DNA of 64,000 bases from Lachnospiraceae bacterium GAM79 (GTDB lineage Bacteria > Bacillota_I > Bacilli_A > RFN20 > CAG-826), in assembly GCA_963619035.1 (NCBI GenBank), contig CAVEUC010000018.1, positions 11,988 through 75,987 on the forward strand, written 5' to 3'. Both the position numbers and the translations under genes were made by a program. Every line of letters begins with the position of its first letter. The stretch's first letter is position 1. Shown piece by piece: positions 21,950 through 31,968 of this stretch. The notes below the pieces were generated by a model. It ran no database searches and was not told the origin of the DNA. It saw only the letters and a list, made by a program, of their open reading frames with translations.

Positions 21950-22891
21950 ATGAAAAACAAAATAATTTATGTTTCTGGTCTTTTAAATTTTGAGACCATT
22001 CTAAGTGTCGATTCATTTCCCGTTAATTACTTCCCTATTGAATACCCATTCTACGGTATCAATACAGGAGTAGGAGGTACTGCTTATAACATCTCTAAAG
22101 CACTAACAAAATTAGGTGATAAAGTTGTTCTATCAAGCCATGTTGGTGATGATTTAATTGGTAAAACAATTGTTAGTGAACTTAAAAAAGCAAAAATAAA
22201 AGATACTAGCATTTACCATTCATTAGATCAAACACCTTCAACTGTCGTATTAACAGATAGAAGCAACAACACACAAATGTATTGTGATTTAAAATCTGTT
22301 CAAGATGTAGAATCTAGTTTTACAAAAGAAAAAGAGTTGATGGAGATTAGTGATTTAGTTGTATTATGTAACTCAAATTTCAATCGTCCATTATTAAAAG
22401 AAGCTAAAAAATTAAATAAAAAAATCGCTACTGATGTTCATATTATCGGATCTATAGATGATGTCTATAATTCAGAATTTATGGAGTCTAGCGATATTTT
22501 ATTTTTAAGTTCTAAAGGTATATACGAGTTAAATTATGAAAACTTTTTAATCGATATATACAATAAATATCATAACGAAATAATAGTGCTTGGAGAAGGA
22601 AGAGATGGGGCTATGATATTAGATTCAAAAAAGAGAATAATATATCATATCGATGCTGTAACAATAAGAGATATTGTTAATACAGTTGGAAGTAGAGATG
22701 CTTTATTTAGCGCTTTCTTACATTTCTATATCAAAGGTTACGACTCACTTGAAGCATTAGAATTAGCTGAAGTATTTACAAGTTATAAATTGGGTGAATC
22801 TGGAGGAAGTAATGGCTTCTTAAACGAAAAAGAAATACTTAAAATTAAAAAGAACATAGATTTTGATGTTTATAAAATAAGAGAATTTTAA
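21950..22891 (+). CDS. PfkB-family carbohydrate/nucleoside kinase (ribokinase-like).
   Basis: An N-terminal Gly-rich sugar-binding region GINTGVGGTAYN and a C-terminal motif NTVGSRDALFSAFL related to the PfkB signature DTxGAGD. Confidence 0.7.
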   Translation: MKNKIIYVSGLLNFETILSVDSFPVNYFPIEYPFYGINTGVGGTAYNISKALTKLGDKVVLSSHVGDDLIGKTIVSELKKAKIKDTSIYHSLDQTPSTVVLTDRSNNTQMYCDLKSVQDVESSFTKEKELMEISDLVVLCNSNFNRPLLKEAKKLNKKIATDVHIIGSIDDVYNSEFMESSDILFLSSKGIYELNYENFLIDIYNKYHNEIIVLGEGRDGAMILDSKKRIIYHIDAVTIRDIVNTVGSRDALFSAFLHFYIKGYDSLEALELAEVFTSYKLGESGGSNGFLNEKEILKIKKNIDFDVYKIREF

Positions 22892-22897
22892 TAATAA

Positions 22898-22940
22898 AAA
22901 AGAGTGAATATCTATATTAAATGTTCGCTCTTTTTATTTT
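22898..22940. terminator. Bidirectional terminator between the pfkB-like gene and the convergent membrane-protein gene.
   Basis: AAAGAGTGAA...TTCGCTCTTT stem with one G-U pair, flanked by A/T runs on both sides. Confidence 0.45.
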
Positions 22941-24101
22941 TTAAATATTTTCTAAACCACAATTAGTAAGAGCTAAATTAAATAATAATTTCTCATCATC
23001 TTTATTTAATGAAGCAGATTTTTTATATACTTTTTTATATTTTTCAATCGTTGCTTTAACTTCACTTTTACTACATTCAATCTTATTTTCTATAAGTAAA
23101 TACATCTTTAAACTTTGTAATGTATTTCCTTTATAAATAAATGTTTTTGTATAATCATCTATATTTTTTAATTTTTCTTTAAATACATCTTTATCAAATG
23201 TATTACTTTCTATGCTGCTTAAGAATTCTAAGAAAAACTTTTGTGTTGTATAAATTGCATAACTATTTTTGGAAATTGATTTTTTATTAACTAAGATTTC
23301 ATCAAGTAATTCGTTAGCTTTTACATAATCTTTTTCTTTTATAGCTTTATATACACTTAACATATTTAATTGAGCAGTATAGTCAGTGATTTCATGAATT
23401 ACAGCGTATTCAAAATTCTCATTATCATCTAATAACTCACGATTAGTAATTTTTAAATATTCATTATATGCTTCAATATTAATTTTCTTACTAAATAAAA
23501 CTAATCTATAACCATCTGTTGTTGAATCGATATGAGCTGGGAAATAATTATATAAAGCAAACATTAAACCAATTGTAGCGATAATAATAACTGCAAATTT
23601 AACCATTTTTAGTAAATCGCTTGCTTGTTTATTTCCACTTGAACTTATAAAGTACATAACCATATACATAGCAGCACCTTCTAAAGCAAAAATAACTAAA
23701 GGAATTAAAATAGAAATCATTGGATTTGCTTTTTGTTTTTTAGGAATAACAACAGTTTCACCAGTTAAGCCATCTGGAGTTTTAGGAAATTTAAATTTCC
23801 ATTTATAACGTCCTTCAATTTTTGTTTTATAAAAATAAAATCCAAATATATTAAAAGATACAACACTATATCCACCAATTATACTTCCGACAACATGTCC
23901 TAATTCAACGAATAAACCATTTAAAATAATACCTAAAATAAGACTTATTAAAACAAATAAAATTAATAAACCTCTATTAGATGCAAATGCCGAAATACTT
24001 CCTAATCCATCTGCTGGATACAAAACACAAAATCCAACAACAAATGCGATCGCTAACATTCCGACATATACAAATAAACTTAATACATCTTCTTTACTCA
24101 T
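22941..24101 (-). CDS. Integral membrane protein with a C-terminal soluble helical domain. Function unknown.
   Basis: About 5 N-terminal TM helices, then a second hydrophobic block and a K/E-rich helical domain of about 200 aa. No diagnostic motif. Confidence 0.4.
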   Translation of the reverse strand: MSKEDVLSLFVYVGMLAIAFVVGFCVLYPADGLGSISAFASNRGLLILFVLISLILGIILNGLFVELGHVVGSIIGGYSVVSFNIFGFYFYKTKIEGRYKWKFKFPKTPDGLTGETVVIPKKQKANPMISILIPLVIFALEGAAMYMVMYFISSSGNKQASDLLKMVKFAVIIIATIGLMFALYNYFPAHIDSTTDGYRLVLFSKKINIEAYNEYLKITNRELLDDNENFEYAVIHEITDYTAQLNMLSVYKAIKEKDYVKANELLDEILVNKKSISKNSYAIYTTQKFFLEFLSSIESNTFDKDVFKEKLKNIDDYTKTFIYKGNTLQSLKMYLLIENKIECSKSEVKATIEKYKKVYKKSASLNKDDEKLLFNLALTNCGLENI

Positions 24102-24170
24102 TAATAAATTCCTCCTCCTAAATCAACACAAGTGTAAATAGGATTTAAAACATATTTAATATTCTATCAT

Positions 24171-24713
24171 TTATTTATTATATTTAAAACTTACAATATA
24201 GTTTTTTGTTATTTTTAAAATTATATCTTCATTCATAAATAATAATATGTTTTTTAATATCATTTCTTCATTAGAATCCTCTAAAGAAAATAAATATAGC
24301 ATATATTCACTTAATGATTTTCCCAAAAATCTTGCTTCATTTTTCTTTTGATCAATAGTTAATTTATATTTAGCTAAATATTTTTGTAACGCTTTAAACA
24401 TATATGAAAATAAGAATTCAGAAAGAATATCACTAGCATTAGAAGATAAAACTTCTTTATTAAAATCTTCTTTTTTATAAAGGAAATCTAATGCATTTTT
24501 TAAAATATTTTCAAAACTATCCACTTTTTCATTTATTTTTTCAACATAGTAAATCGAATAAACAACATCATAAATATTTTTATAATGATAATAAAAAGTT
24601 TGACGTCTTATCTTTAAACTATCACAAATAGAATTGATGTCAATATCATCAATATGTCTAGTTTCTAACAATTTTAAAAACTTATCTTGTATCTGCTTCT
24701 CAGTTTTTTTCAT
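24171..24713 (-). CDS. TetR-family transcriptional regulator, placed last in the efflux operon.
   Basis: Helix-turn-helix region INSICDSLKIRRQTFYYHYKNIYD. The start MKKTEKQ at 24713 has a GGAAAGGA RBS and overlaps the end of the P-type ATPase gene. Confidence 0.6.
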   Translation of the reverse strand: MKKTEKQIQDKFLKLLETRHIDDIDINSICDSLKIRRQTFYYHYKNIYDVVYSIYYVEKINEKVDSFENILKNALDFLYKKEDFNKEVLSSNASDILSEFLFSYMFKALQKYLAKYKLTIDQKKNEARFLGKSLSEYMLYLFSLEDSNEEMILKNILLFMNEDIILKITKNYIVSFKYNK

Positions 24714-27141
24714 TATATTCCTTTCCAATATTAATCGCTTTCCTTACAAAAATTCCTATTAATAATAATATCGCACCAAGGCCTAACATACATAATAAAA
24801 TTTCTAACTCATAAGTGGATAAAAATCTAGGAGCTTCACCTTCTAACTTTAACAAATTTAAAAACCCATTACAAAATATTGATACAGAAAACATTAAAAT
24901 TGTTAAAAGAACACTTCCACTAAATACAATTATTCTATAAAAATTTAGTTTATAACAAACCTTAAATAGAACTATCAAAGAAATTATAGATATAAAATAA
25001 GTTGATAATGTTCTAAGTGAGTCAATCGATATTTTTGAATTTAAATAAATATAAAAAACCATAACAACAAAAGCAATAATAGACCCTCTAGGAATAGCCT
25101 CTTTTAAAATATTATTCATAAATTTACCTTTGAATCTTTCGTTGGAAGGTTCTAACGCTAAGAAGAAGCTAGCTAAGCCTATCGAAGCTATTTCCCAAGC
25201 ATAGAAATTATTTGGTTCAAATGGCCAAAGAACTACAGTTGAACTCTTTGCTCTTGTAATTAAAGCAAACAATATAAAAAACACATTTAAAAATATACTA
25301 AATGTTGTTTTAATTAAAAATAAAGAACATGTTCTTGCTAAATTATTAATAACTCTTCTACCTTGAGCAATTACTTCAGGAAAATGAGAAAAATCATCAT
25401 CCATCAATACAATATTGGCAGTATTTTGTGCTGATTTACTAGCTGATTTTAGACTAACAGATACATTTGCTTGTTTTAAACTTAAAACATCATTGATACC
25501 GTCGCCAATCATACCAACTTTATGACCATTTTCTTTTAATGTTCTTATTATTAATTCTTTTTGTTCAGGAGAAACTCTACCAAATACCGAATATTTTAAA
25601 GCAGCTTCTTTAACTTCATCTTCACTTAAGCCTTCTAAAGAAATATATTTATCATAATTATCTATACCAACTTGATTGCTAATTTCACTAACAGTTAAAA
25701 CATTATCACCACTTATAATTTTTATATCTACATCGTTATCTTTAAACCATTTAATTATATCTTTAGCGTTATCTCTTATTTTGTCTTGAATGATAATAAA
25801 CCCTATGAAATCACATACGAATTCAGAATTTTCTTCAATGTAAGATTCTGTTTTTCCAACCACTAAAACTCTTAAGCCTTTCTTTGAATATTCTTCTACT
25901 TCTTTTTCAATATTAATATTTGAATTTTTAAACTTTATAAATTTAAAAGCCCCAATTACAAGACCACCGAAATCTTTTAAATTAACTACGCTATATTTAT
26001 TCTTGCTATTAAATGGAATTTTACTTATTAATTCATATTTATTAACTGAACCAAATTTATCTTTTAAAGCTAATGCTGTAAAGTTATCGTCATTTAAATG
26101 ATAATTCGAACTACTTATTAAATTAATAAATGTACTACTATCAATTTTATTATCATATATTTTAAAGTCTTTAACGTTCATACTACCATCTGTGATCGTA
26201 CCAGTTTTATCCAAGCAAAATACATCCATTCTTGCAATTGTTTCAATAGAATACATATCTTGTACAATTACTTTATGCGTAGCTAAATTTATAATCCCAA
26301 CTGCCAACGCAGTAGATGTTAATAAATACATTCCACTAGGTATCATTGAAACAAAAGCACCAGCTAAAGGACCAATAATATCGTTACCAATTACATATTT
26401 AAATTGTTCAAACGATGAAAAACTATATGAAATACCACTTAAAAATATAAATTCTAAAATATCAGCAATACCAATGATACAAATAATAAAAACTAAAATT
26501 TTAAATAATCTATTTAAACTAAGATACATTTCAGATCTCGAAGCTTTAAAATTTTTGCTTTTCTTTTGTAATTTTTCTATATAATTATCTTCTCCGACAT
26601 TATTAACCATTACAAACACATCACCATTTGTAATATAAGTTCCACTAAATAATTTAGAATTAACTCCTTTTTTTAAATAATCAGATTCACCAGTTAATAA
26701 TGATTCATCAACGTGACATTCTCCAAAAATAACTGTAGAATCACAAGGAATTTGTTCTCCGTTAGTTAAATGCAAAATATCATTTAAAACAATTTCTTCT
26801 GGATTAATTTCAATTTGTTGATTATCTCTTATAACTTTAACTTTGCTTTTATTAATTAAGTTTAATTTATCTACAAGTCTTTTACTTCTTATATCTTGTG
26901 TTAATCCAATCGCTAAGTTAGTAATTAAAATTACAAGAAAAAAACAACTATTCCATTTACCAAAAAATATTAAAACTGCACCAATAATAAATAAAAGAAT
27001 ATTGAAAAAAGTAAAAACGTTTTTAACAATTATTTTCCCGTAAGTTCTATCAATATTCTTTTTAATCTTATTAACTTTACCTTCATTTATATATTGATTT
27101 ACCTGCTCTTTTGTTAATCCGCTAATTTTATTATTCATCAA
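24700..27141 (-). CDS. Cation-transporting P-type ATPase (E1-E2 type, PacL/YloB-like).
   Basis: Phosphorylation motif CLDKTGTITDG and hinge motif MIGDGINDVLSLKQANVSV, with about 10 TM helices. Confidence 0.9.
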   Translation of the reverse strand: MMNNKISGLTKEQVNQYINEGKVNKIKKNIDRTYGKIIVKNVFTFFNILLFIIGAVLIFFGKWNSCFFLVILITNLAIGLTQDIRSKRLVDKLNLINKSKVKVIRDNQQIEINPEEIVLNDILHLTNGEQIPCDSTVIFGECHVDESLLTGESDYLKKGVNSKLFSGTYITNGDVFVMVNNVGEDNYIEKLQKKSKNFKASRSEMYLSLNRLFKILVFIICIIGIADILEFIFLSGISYSFSSFEQFKYVIGNDIIGPLAGAFVSMIPSGMYLLTSTALAVGIINLATHKVIVQDMYSIETIARMDVFCLDKTGTITDGSMNVKDFKIYDNKIDSSTFINLISSSNYHLNDDNFTALALKDKFGSVNKYELISKIPFNSKNKYSVVNLKDFGGLVIGAFKFIKFKNSNINIEKEVEEYSKKGLRVLVVGKTESYIEENSEFVCDFIGFIIIQDKIRDNAKDIIKWFKDNDVDIKIISGDNVLTVSEISNQVGIDNYDKYISLEGLSEDEVKEAALKYSVFGRVSPEQKELIIRTLKENGHKVGMIGDGINDVLSLKQANVSVSLKSASKSAQNTANIVLMDDDFSHFPEVIAQGRRVINNLARTCSLFLIKTTFSIFLNVFFILFALITRAKSSTVVLWPFEPNNFYAWEIASIGLASFFLALEPSNERFKGKFMNNILKEAIPRGSIIAFVVMVFYIYLNSKISIDSLRTLSTYFISIISLIVLFKVCYKLNFYRIIVFSGSVLLTILMFSVSIFCNGFLNLLKLEGEAPRFLSTYELEILLCMLGLGAILLLIGIFVRKAINIGKEYNEKN

Positions 27142-29973
27142 TTATTCACTCCTTAAAGCAATAACTGGATCTTTTTTAGCAGCTACCCTTGCAGGGAATA
27201 AACCACTTACTAATGTTAATAAAATAGAAATAGCTATAAGAGCTAAACAATGGTATATACTTAAATGCGCCATCTGTCCTAAATTATAATCAGGGTAAAC
27301 ATTGTTTAAAATTAAATTAATTGGGAAACAAATCAAATAACTAGCAAAACAACCTATTATTCCACTAAATAAGCCTACAATAAACGACTCAGCTTCAAAC
27401 AATACACCTACATCTTTTTTTCTTGCTCCAATTGCCCTTAATACACCTATTTCTTTAGTTCTTTCAATAACAGAGTTATAAGTTATAATTCCAGTCATAA
27501 CACAACTTACAACTAAAGATATCGAAGCAAATACGATTAAAACAATAGAAATAACGTTAATCATTTCACCTAAAGATGCGGTTAAATCTCCAACATAATC
27601 AGTATAGTAAATTTGTTCACCGGTATTACTAGCATGATCTTCGCTATTTGGAACTATTTCATTATATTCATCTAATTTAGCTAATAATTCATTTTTTGTT
27701 GTTAAATCTTTTGGAAAAATAACAACGCTTTCAATTTGACTATAACTATTAATATATGCAGCTAATCCTATTAATTTTTTAACAAATTCTTCATCGCTTT
27801 CTTCAGTTGCTTTTTTAATATAAGTTAAGATTAATTTTTCACTTAATGGAGATGCTTTTAATTCCGAAGGAACTAAATCGAGTCCTTCATACATCGCATA
27901 ATTTAAATATGCTTTAGTATCAATATAATTATTTTTCTTGTAAGGATTAAAGATATAAAAATTATCAGTGATAGTATTATTGAAATTATTTAAAACAGAT
28001 GTAGATATTGAAGATTCTCCTAAATCTTGGAAAACCTTAATTAAATCGCTTAAAATACTTATCTTAGTTTTTCCTTCTTTCATGCTTATTAAATTATAAT
28101 AATTGTTGCTTAAATCAGCTTCTGCATTTTTTTCTACTAAATAATCTTGTAAACTTGATAAATAACAAAGACCATTAGCCATAGTTGAAATAGTTGAGTT
28201 TTTACTAGGTCTTAAAATACCTGTTATTTTTAATTCAATACCTTTGGAAGAATCATTATATAAATCATTAACTGAATTACTTTCAAAATATATCATATCA
28301 CCAACATTTTCATTACTAGATGTATAATTTTTCATAGTATAAAAATCGCTAGATGAATAAACTTTATATTTTTTACCAATTATATCATCCATACTAATTG
28401 GTTTAACTTTCTTTGAAGATTCGCTATCTTGAACCTGTTCTTGAGTATCAACACTATTATAAAACCCAAGATTTCTCAAATTAGAAAAATTAATACTATT
28501 TGTATTATTAATAACTAAACATAATTCATTTTTCTCTTTAGGATATGTTCCTTTAATAACTTCATAAGAATTTAAAATATATTCTTCTCTTCCGTAAAGT
28601 TGATGAAATACAGTTGAAGGTAAACCAGTAATACTACCTAACATTGAATTGATTGTTCCGGTAGATTGAGCTGTTGAAACTTGGCCAATATAACCTTCAC
28701 TTGATTCATCAATGCTTTTTGGATATTCAGTAGACAAATGATATTTATAATTTGATGGATAATTAATAAGGTAATCGTTTAATAATTTATCTTCATCTCT
28801 TAATTTGTTTAAATAATTAAAATATTTATTATTAAAATTGTTATAACTAATAGTCATATTTTTTTCATTATTCATATTAATATATGGATAAATTTCGTTT
28901 TCACTAGGATATTTTGTACTTTGATTATATTGAGTAGGATCAACTGATTGATATTTCACAGTATAACTTGAAACTGTTATAGGTAAAGTTGATGAAGTTT
29001 CACTTTGAACTCTATTTATATATTCATTAAATCCGTTAGATAAAGCTAAAACTAAAGCGACTCCAATAATACCAAAAGATGCAGCAACACTAGTTAATAT
29101 TGTTCTTCCTTTTTTTGTTCTAATGTTTTTAAAGGAAATATTAAAAGCAGTAAAAAAAGACATCGATGTTTTCTCTTTTTTCTTTTTATTTTTAATTTCT
29201 TTTTTCTTTTCTTTATCTTTTTCGTCAATTATTAACAATTTACCAATATTATTTTCTTCTTTGAATTTTTCTTCTTCTTTTAATTTCTCATCTAATTCGC
29301 CATCTTTAGTATCATCAACAATTTCACCATCTTTAAAGGTTATGATACGATCACTATATTTTTTAGCTAATTTATCATTATGAGTAACCATAATAACAAG
29401 TTTTTTTGAGCTGATCTCTTTTAAAATATCCATGATTTGTACGCTTGTTTTACTATCAAGCGCACCAGTTGGTTCATCTGCTAATATAATTTCTGGGTCG
29501 TTTACTAAACTTCTAGCTATAGCAACCCTTTGCATTTGACCACCACTTAATTGATTTGGTTTTTTATTGTATAACCCTTTTAAACCAACTGCATCAAGAG
29601 CTTCCTTAGCCCTTTTTACTCTTTCTTTTTTATCCATTCCACCTAATGTTAAACTTAAAACAACATTATCAAGAATAGTTAAATGAGATATTAAATTGTA
29701 ACTTTGAAAAACAAAACCAATTCTTTTATTTCTATAATTATCCCAATCAGCATCAGTAAAAGTTTTAGTAGATTTTCCATCGATTACTAAATCACCACTT
29801 GTATATCTATCAAGACCACCAATTATGTTTAAAGTAGTTGTTTTTCCACACCCTGAAGGTCCTAAAATAGAACAAAATTCATGCTTAGGAAAATAAACAG
29901 AGATATTTTTTAATGCTCTAAAAGGCTTTTTGTCAATGTAATAATCTTTACAAATATTTTTTAATTCAAGCAT
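27142..29973 (-). CDS. Fused ABC transporter with an ATPase domain and a MacB/FtsX-like permease, separated by a Lys/Glu-rich linker.
   Basis: N-terminal Walker A GPSGCGKTT, signature LSGGQMQRVAIARSL and Walker B ILADEPT. The linker is KEKKKEIKNKKKKEK. A large extracytoplasmic domain precedes a C-terminal FtsX-type 3-TM bundle. Confidence 0.8.
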   Translation of the reverse strand: MLELKNICKDYYIDKKPFRALKNISVYFPKHEFCSILGPSGCGKTTTLNIIGGLDRYTSGDLVIDGKSTKTFTDADWDNYRNKRIGFVFQSYNLISHLTILDNVVLSLTLGGMDKKERVKRAKEALDAVGLKGLYNKKPNQLSGGQMQRVAIARSLVNDPEIILADEPTGALDSKTSVQIMDILKEISSKKLVIMVTHNDKLAKKYSDRIITFKDGEIVDDTKDGELDEKLKEEEKFKEENNIGKLLIIDEKDKEKKKEIKNKKKKEKTSMSFFTAFNISFKNIRTKKGRTILTSVAASFGIIGVALVLALSNGFNEYINRVQSETSSTLPITVSSYTVKYQSVDPTQYNQSTKYPSENEIYPYINMNNEKNMTISYNNFNNKYFNYLNKLRDEDKLLNDYLINYPSNYKYHLSTEYPKSIDESSEGYIGQVSTAQSTGTINSMLGSITGLPSTVFHQLYGREEYILNSYEVIKGTYPKEKNELCLVINNTNSINFSNLRNLGFYNSVDTQEQVQDSESSKKVKPISMDDIIGKKYKVYSSSDFYTMKNYTSSNENVGDMIYFESNSVNDLYNDSSKGIELKITGILRPSKNSTISTMANGLCYLSSLQDYLVEKNAEADLSNNYYNLISMKEGKTKISILSDLIKVFQDLGESSISTSVLNNFNNTITDNFYIFNPYKKNNYIDTKAYLNYAMYEGLDLVPSELKASPLSEKLILTYIKKATEESDEEFVKKLIGLAAYINSYSQIESVVIFPKDLTTKNELLAKLDEYNEIVPNSEDHASNTGEQIYYTDYVGDLTASLGEMINVISIVLIVFASISLVVSCVMTGIITYNSVIERTKEIGVLRAIGARKKDVGVLFEAESFIVGLFSGIIGCFASYLICFPINLILNNVYPDYNLGQMAHLSIYHCLALIAISILLTLVSGLFPARVAAKKDPVIALRSE

Positions 29974-30041
29974 TAAAAAACCTCCTTATATTTATTAAAA
30001 ATTATAATTCTATTATGTAGAATTAACAAATTATTTTAATA

Positions 30042-30494
30042 TTATTTTTTTCTTCTATCTTTAAAAAAGTCTTTAATTATTTTTTTACAATCTTCTTCTA
30101 AAATACCCCCATCTATCTCAATTTTTGAACTTTCTAATTCAAAATTTTTATCATGAGATAAACAGGCTCCAGTATTCGATTCATACGCACCAAAAACAAT
30201 TCGTTTAATTCTTGATTGGATGATTGCACTAGTACACATTGCACATGGTTCTAATGTAACATACATTGTTAAATTATTTAGTCTCCAATCATTTATTTTT
30301 TTACTAGCTTTTTTAATACATAAAATTTCAGCATGACCAGTAACGTCATTTAATTTTTCTTTTTTATTATAAGCTTTAGATACAATATTTAAATTTTCAT
30401 CAACCAAAATAGCGCCGATAGGAACTTCTTCGTTTTTTAGTGCTTTTCCCGCTTCTTTTAGTGCGAGTTTCATAAAATAGATATCGTTTTTCAT
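30042..30494 (-). CDS. tadA: tRNA-specific adenosine deaminase.
   Basis: Motifs HAEILCI...TLEPCAMCTSAI are present. The N-terminus MKNDIYFMKLALKEA parallels B. subtilis MTQDELYMKEAIKEA. The ORF-track start is a GTG at 30512 that lies inside the SRP RNA, so the ATG at 30494 is preferred. Confidence 0.88.
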   Translation of the reverse strand: MKNDIYFMKLALKEAGKALKNEEVPIGAILVDENLNIVSKAYNKKEKLNDVTGHAEILCIKKASKKINDWRLNNLTMYVTLEPCAMCTSAIIQSRIKRIVFGAYESNTGACLSHDKNFELESSKIEIDGGILEEDCKKIIKDFFKDRRKK

Positions 30495-30497
30495 AAA

Positions 30498-30590
30498 ATA
30501 AAACCATCGCACAATTATAGGTTTTCTTAAGGCTGCTATGTTCCCATCCTGACCTGGTTCGAAAGTATAAATCGCGATGGCTAAATTATT
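30498..30590 (-). ncRNA. ffs: Signal recognition particle RNA (small 4.5S-type SRP RNA, ffs/scr).
   Basis: The minus strand reads AGCCAUCGCGAUUUAUACUUUCGAACCAGGUCAGGAUGGGAACAUAGCAGCCUUAAGAAAACCUAUAAUUGUGCGAUGG. Its core ACCAGGUCAGG...GGAA...AGCAGCC matches the conserved domain IV of E. coli 4.5S RNA (ACCAGGUCAGGUCCGGAAGGAAGCAGCC). The terminal helix is CCAUCGC/GCGAUGG. A TATAAT box lies about 7 nt upstream. Confidence 0.75.
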
Positions 30591-30652
30591 ATAACATAAT
30601 TAATTAAAGTAATGTATAAATTTTAAAAAGAGTGGGGATTTACATATGTTTT

Positions 30653-30682
30653 TTATAAAAAAAAGACACGTTTTAACGTGCC
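30653..30682 (-). terminator. Intrinsic terminator after serS.
   Basis: Minus-strand GGCACG-UUAAAA-CGUGUC hairpin followed by U8. Confidence 0.5.
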
Positions 30683-30690
30683 AATTTTTA

Positions 30691-31968
30691 TTATTTAATA
30701 GGTTTTAAAACCTTTAACCCGCCCATATATTTTTGTAATGGTTCAGGTATTAATACACTACCATCTTTTTGTTGGAATTGTTCTAAGATAGCTGGGAAAA
30801 CACGGCTTGTTGCTAATCCTGATCCGTTTAATGTATGCATGTAATGCATTTTTCCATCATTTCCTTTATATCTCATCATACCTCTTCTTGCTTGATAATC
30901 TCTAGCATTAGAAACACTACTTACTTCTTTATAAATTTTTAAAGATGGAAGATAAACTTCAATATCATATGTTCTAGCCATTGAATGAGAACAATCAGCT
31001 GCTGCAAGTTTTGAAACTCTAAAATGTAATCCTAATCCTTCGACTAATTTTTTAGCTTTTTCAACTAATTCGTCGAATGCTCTATCACTATCTTCTTCAC
31101 TAGTATATTCAACCATTTCAACTTTATTAAATTGATAGCCTCTAATCATACCTCTTTCTTCAGTTCTATATGCTCCTGCTTCTTTTCTATAACATGGAGA
31201 ATAAGCGAAGAATTTTTTAGGAAGTTGATTTTCCTCTAAAATTTCATTTCTATAATAATTAACTAAAGCTGTTTCAGCTGTTGGAAGTAAAAATTTGAAT
31301 GGATCAACATCTTTTAAGACAAATACATCTTGTTCAAACTTAGGGAATTGACCTGCAGTAAATCCACTTTCATAATTTAATAAATGTGGCACCATCATGA
31401 ATTGGAAGTTATCTTTTAAATGGTTTTCGATAAAATAATTCAATAAAGCCCATTCGAGTTGTGCTCCAAGGCCTGTATAAAACCAACAACCATGACCACT
31501 AACTTTAGCCCCTCTTTCATAATCGATTAAGCCTAAAGATTCAGCTAAATCATAATGAGATTTAATTTCAAAATCGAATTCAGGAATATCTTTATAATAA
31601 TAAATTGGTTTATTATTTTCTTTTCCTCCACCTAATAAATCTTTATCAGGTAAATTTGGAAGAGCAAATAAAACTTTATTAATTTTATCAGTTAATTCTT
31701 TTAATTTTTCCTCTGATTCTTTATTTTTTGCAGCTAACTCTTTAACTTGAGCAAAAATCGCATTAACATCTCCGCCTTCTTTTTTAACTTGAGGAACAGA
31801 TTTTGACAATTTATTTTGTTGAGCCTTATTTTCTTCAACAGCTTTTTGTAATTCTCTTTTTTGATAAACTAAATCACAAAGCCCATCAATATCTGCTTCA
31901 AACTCTTTTCTTTTTAAAGCTTCTTTTACATAATCTTTATTTTCTAAAATGTAATTAAGATCAATCAT
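30691..31968 (-). CDS. serS: Seryl-tRNA synthetase.
   Basis: Full-length match with an N-terminal coiled-coil arm and class II motifs such as FRVSKLAAADCSHSMARTYDIEVYLP and GSGLATSRV. Confidence 0.95.
   Translation of the reverse strand: MIDLNYILENKDYVKEALKRKEFEADIDGLCDLVYQKRELQKAVEENKAQQNKLSKSVPQVKKEGGDVNAIFAQVKELAAKNKESEEKLKELTDKINKVLFALPNLPDKDLLGGGKENNKPIYYYKDIPEFDFEIKSHYDLAESLGLIDYERGAKVSGHGCWFYTGLGAQLEWALLNYFIENHLKDNFQFMMVPHLLNYESGFTAGQFPKFEQDVFVLKDVDPFKFLLPTAETALVNYYRNEILEENQLPKKFFAYSPCYRKEAGAYRTEERGMIRGYQFNKVEMVEYTSEEDSDRAFDELVEKAKKLVEGLGLHFRVSKLAAADCSHSMARTYDIEVYLPSLKIYKEVSSVSNARDYQARRGMMRYKGNDGKMHYMHTLNGSGLATSRVFPAILEQFQQKDGSVLIPEPLQKYMGGLKVLKPIK

Noticed and set aside
21799-21993. 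64-aa + strand ORF in the divergent promoter region between the EF-G-like gene and pfkB.
   Set aside because: It overlaps the RBS and start of the minus-strand gene and the start of the pfkB-like gene. It has a low-complexity, hydrophobic composition and no RBS.
22941-24101. A site-2-protease-like (M50) identity for the membrane protein, suggested by the segment LFVELGHVVG.
   Set aside because: The motif lacks the first His of HExxH and no second zinc-ligand motif is evident. It is called only as an uncharacterised membrane protein.
26192-29383. Antisense ORFs 26192..26584, 26843..27043 and 29123..29383 inside the P-type ATPase and ABC genes.
   Set aside because: They lie opposite genes with intact catalytic motifs. 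The 29123 ORF simply mirrors the Lys-rich linker as a Phe/Leu-rich reverse frame.
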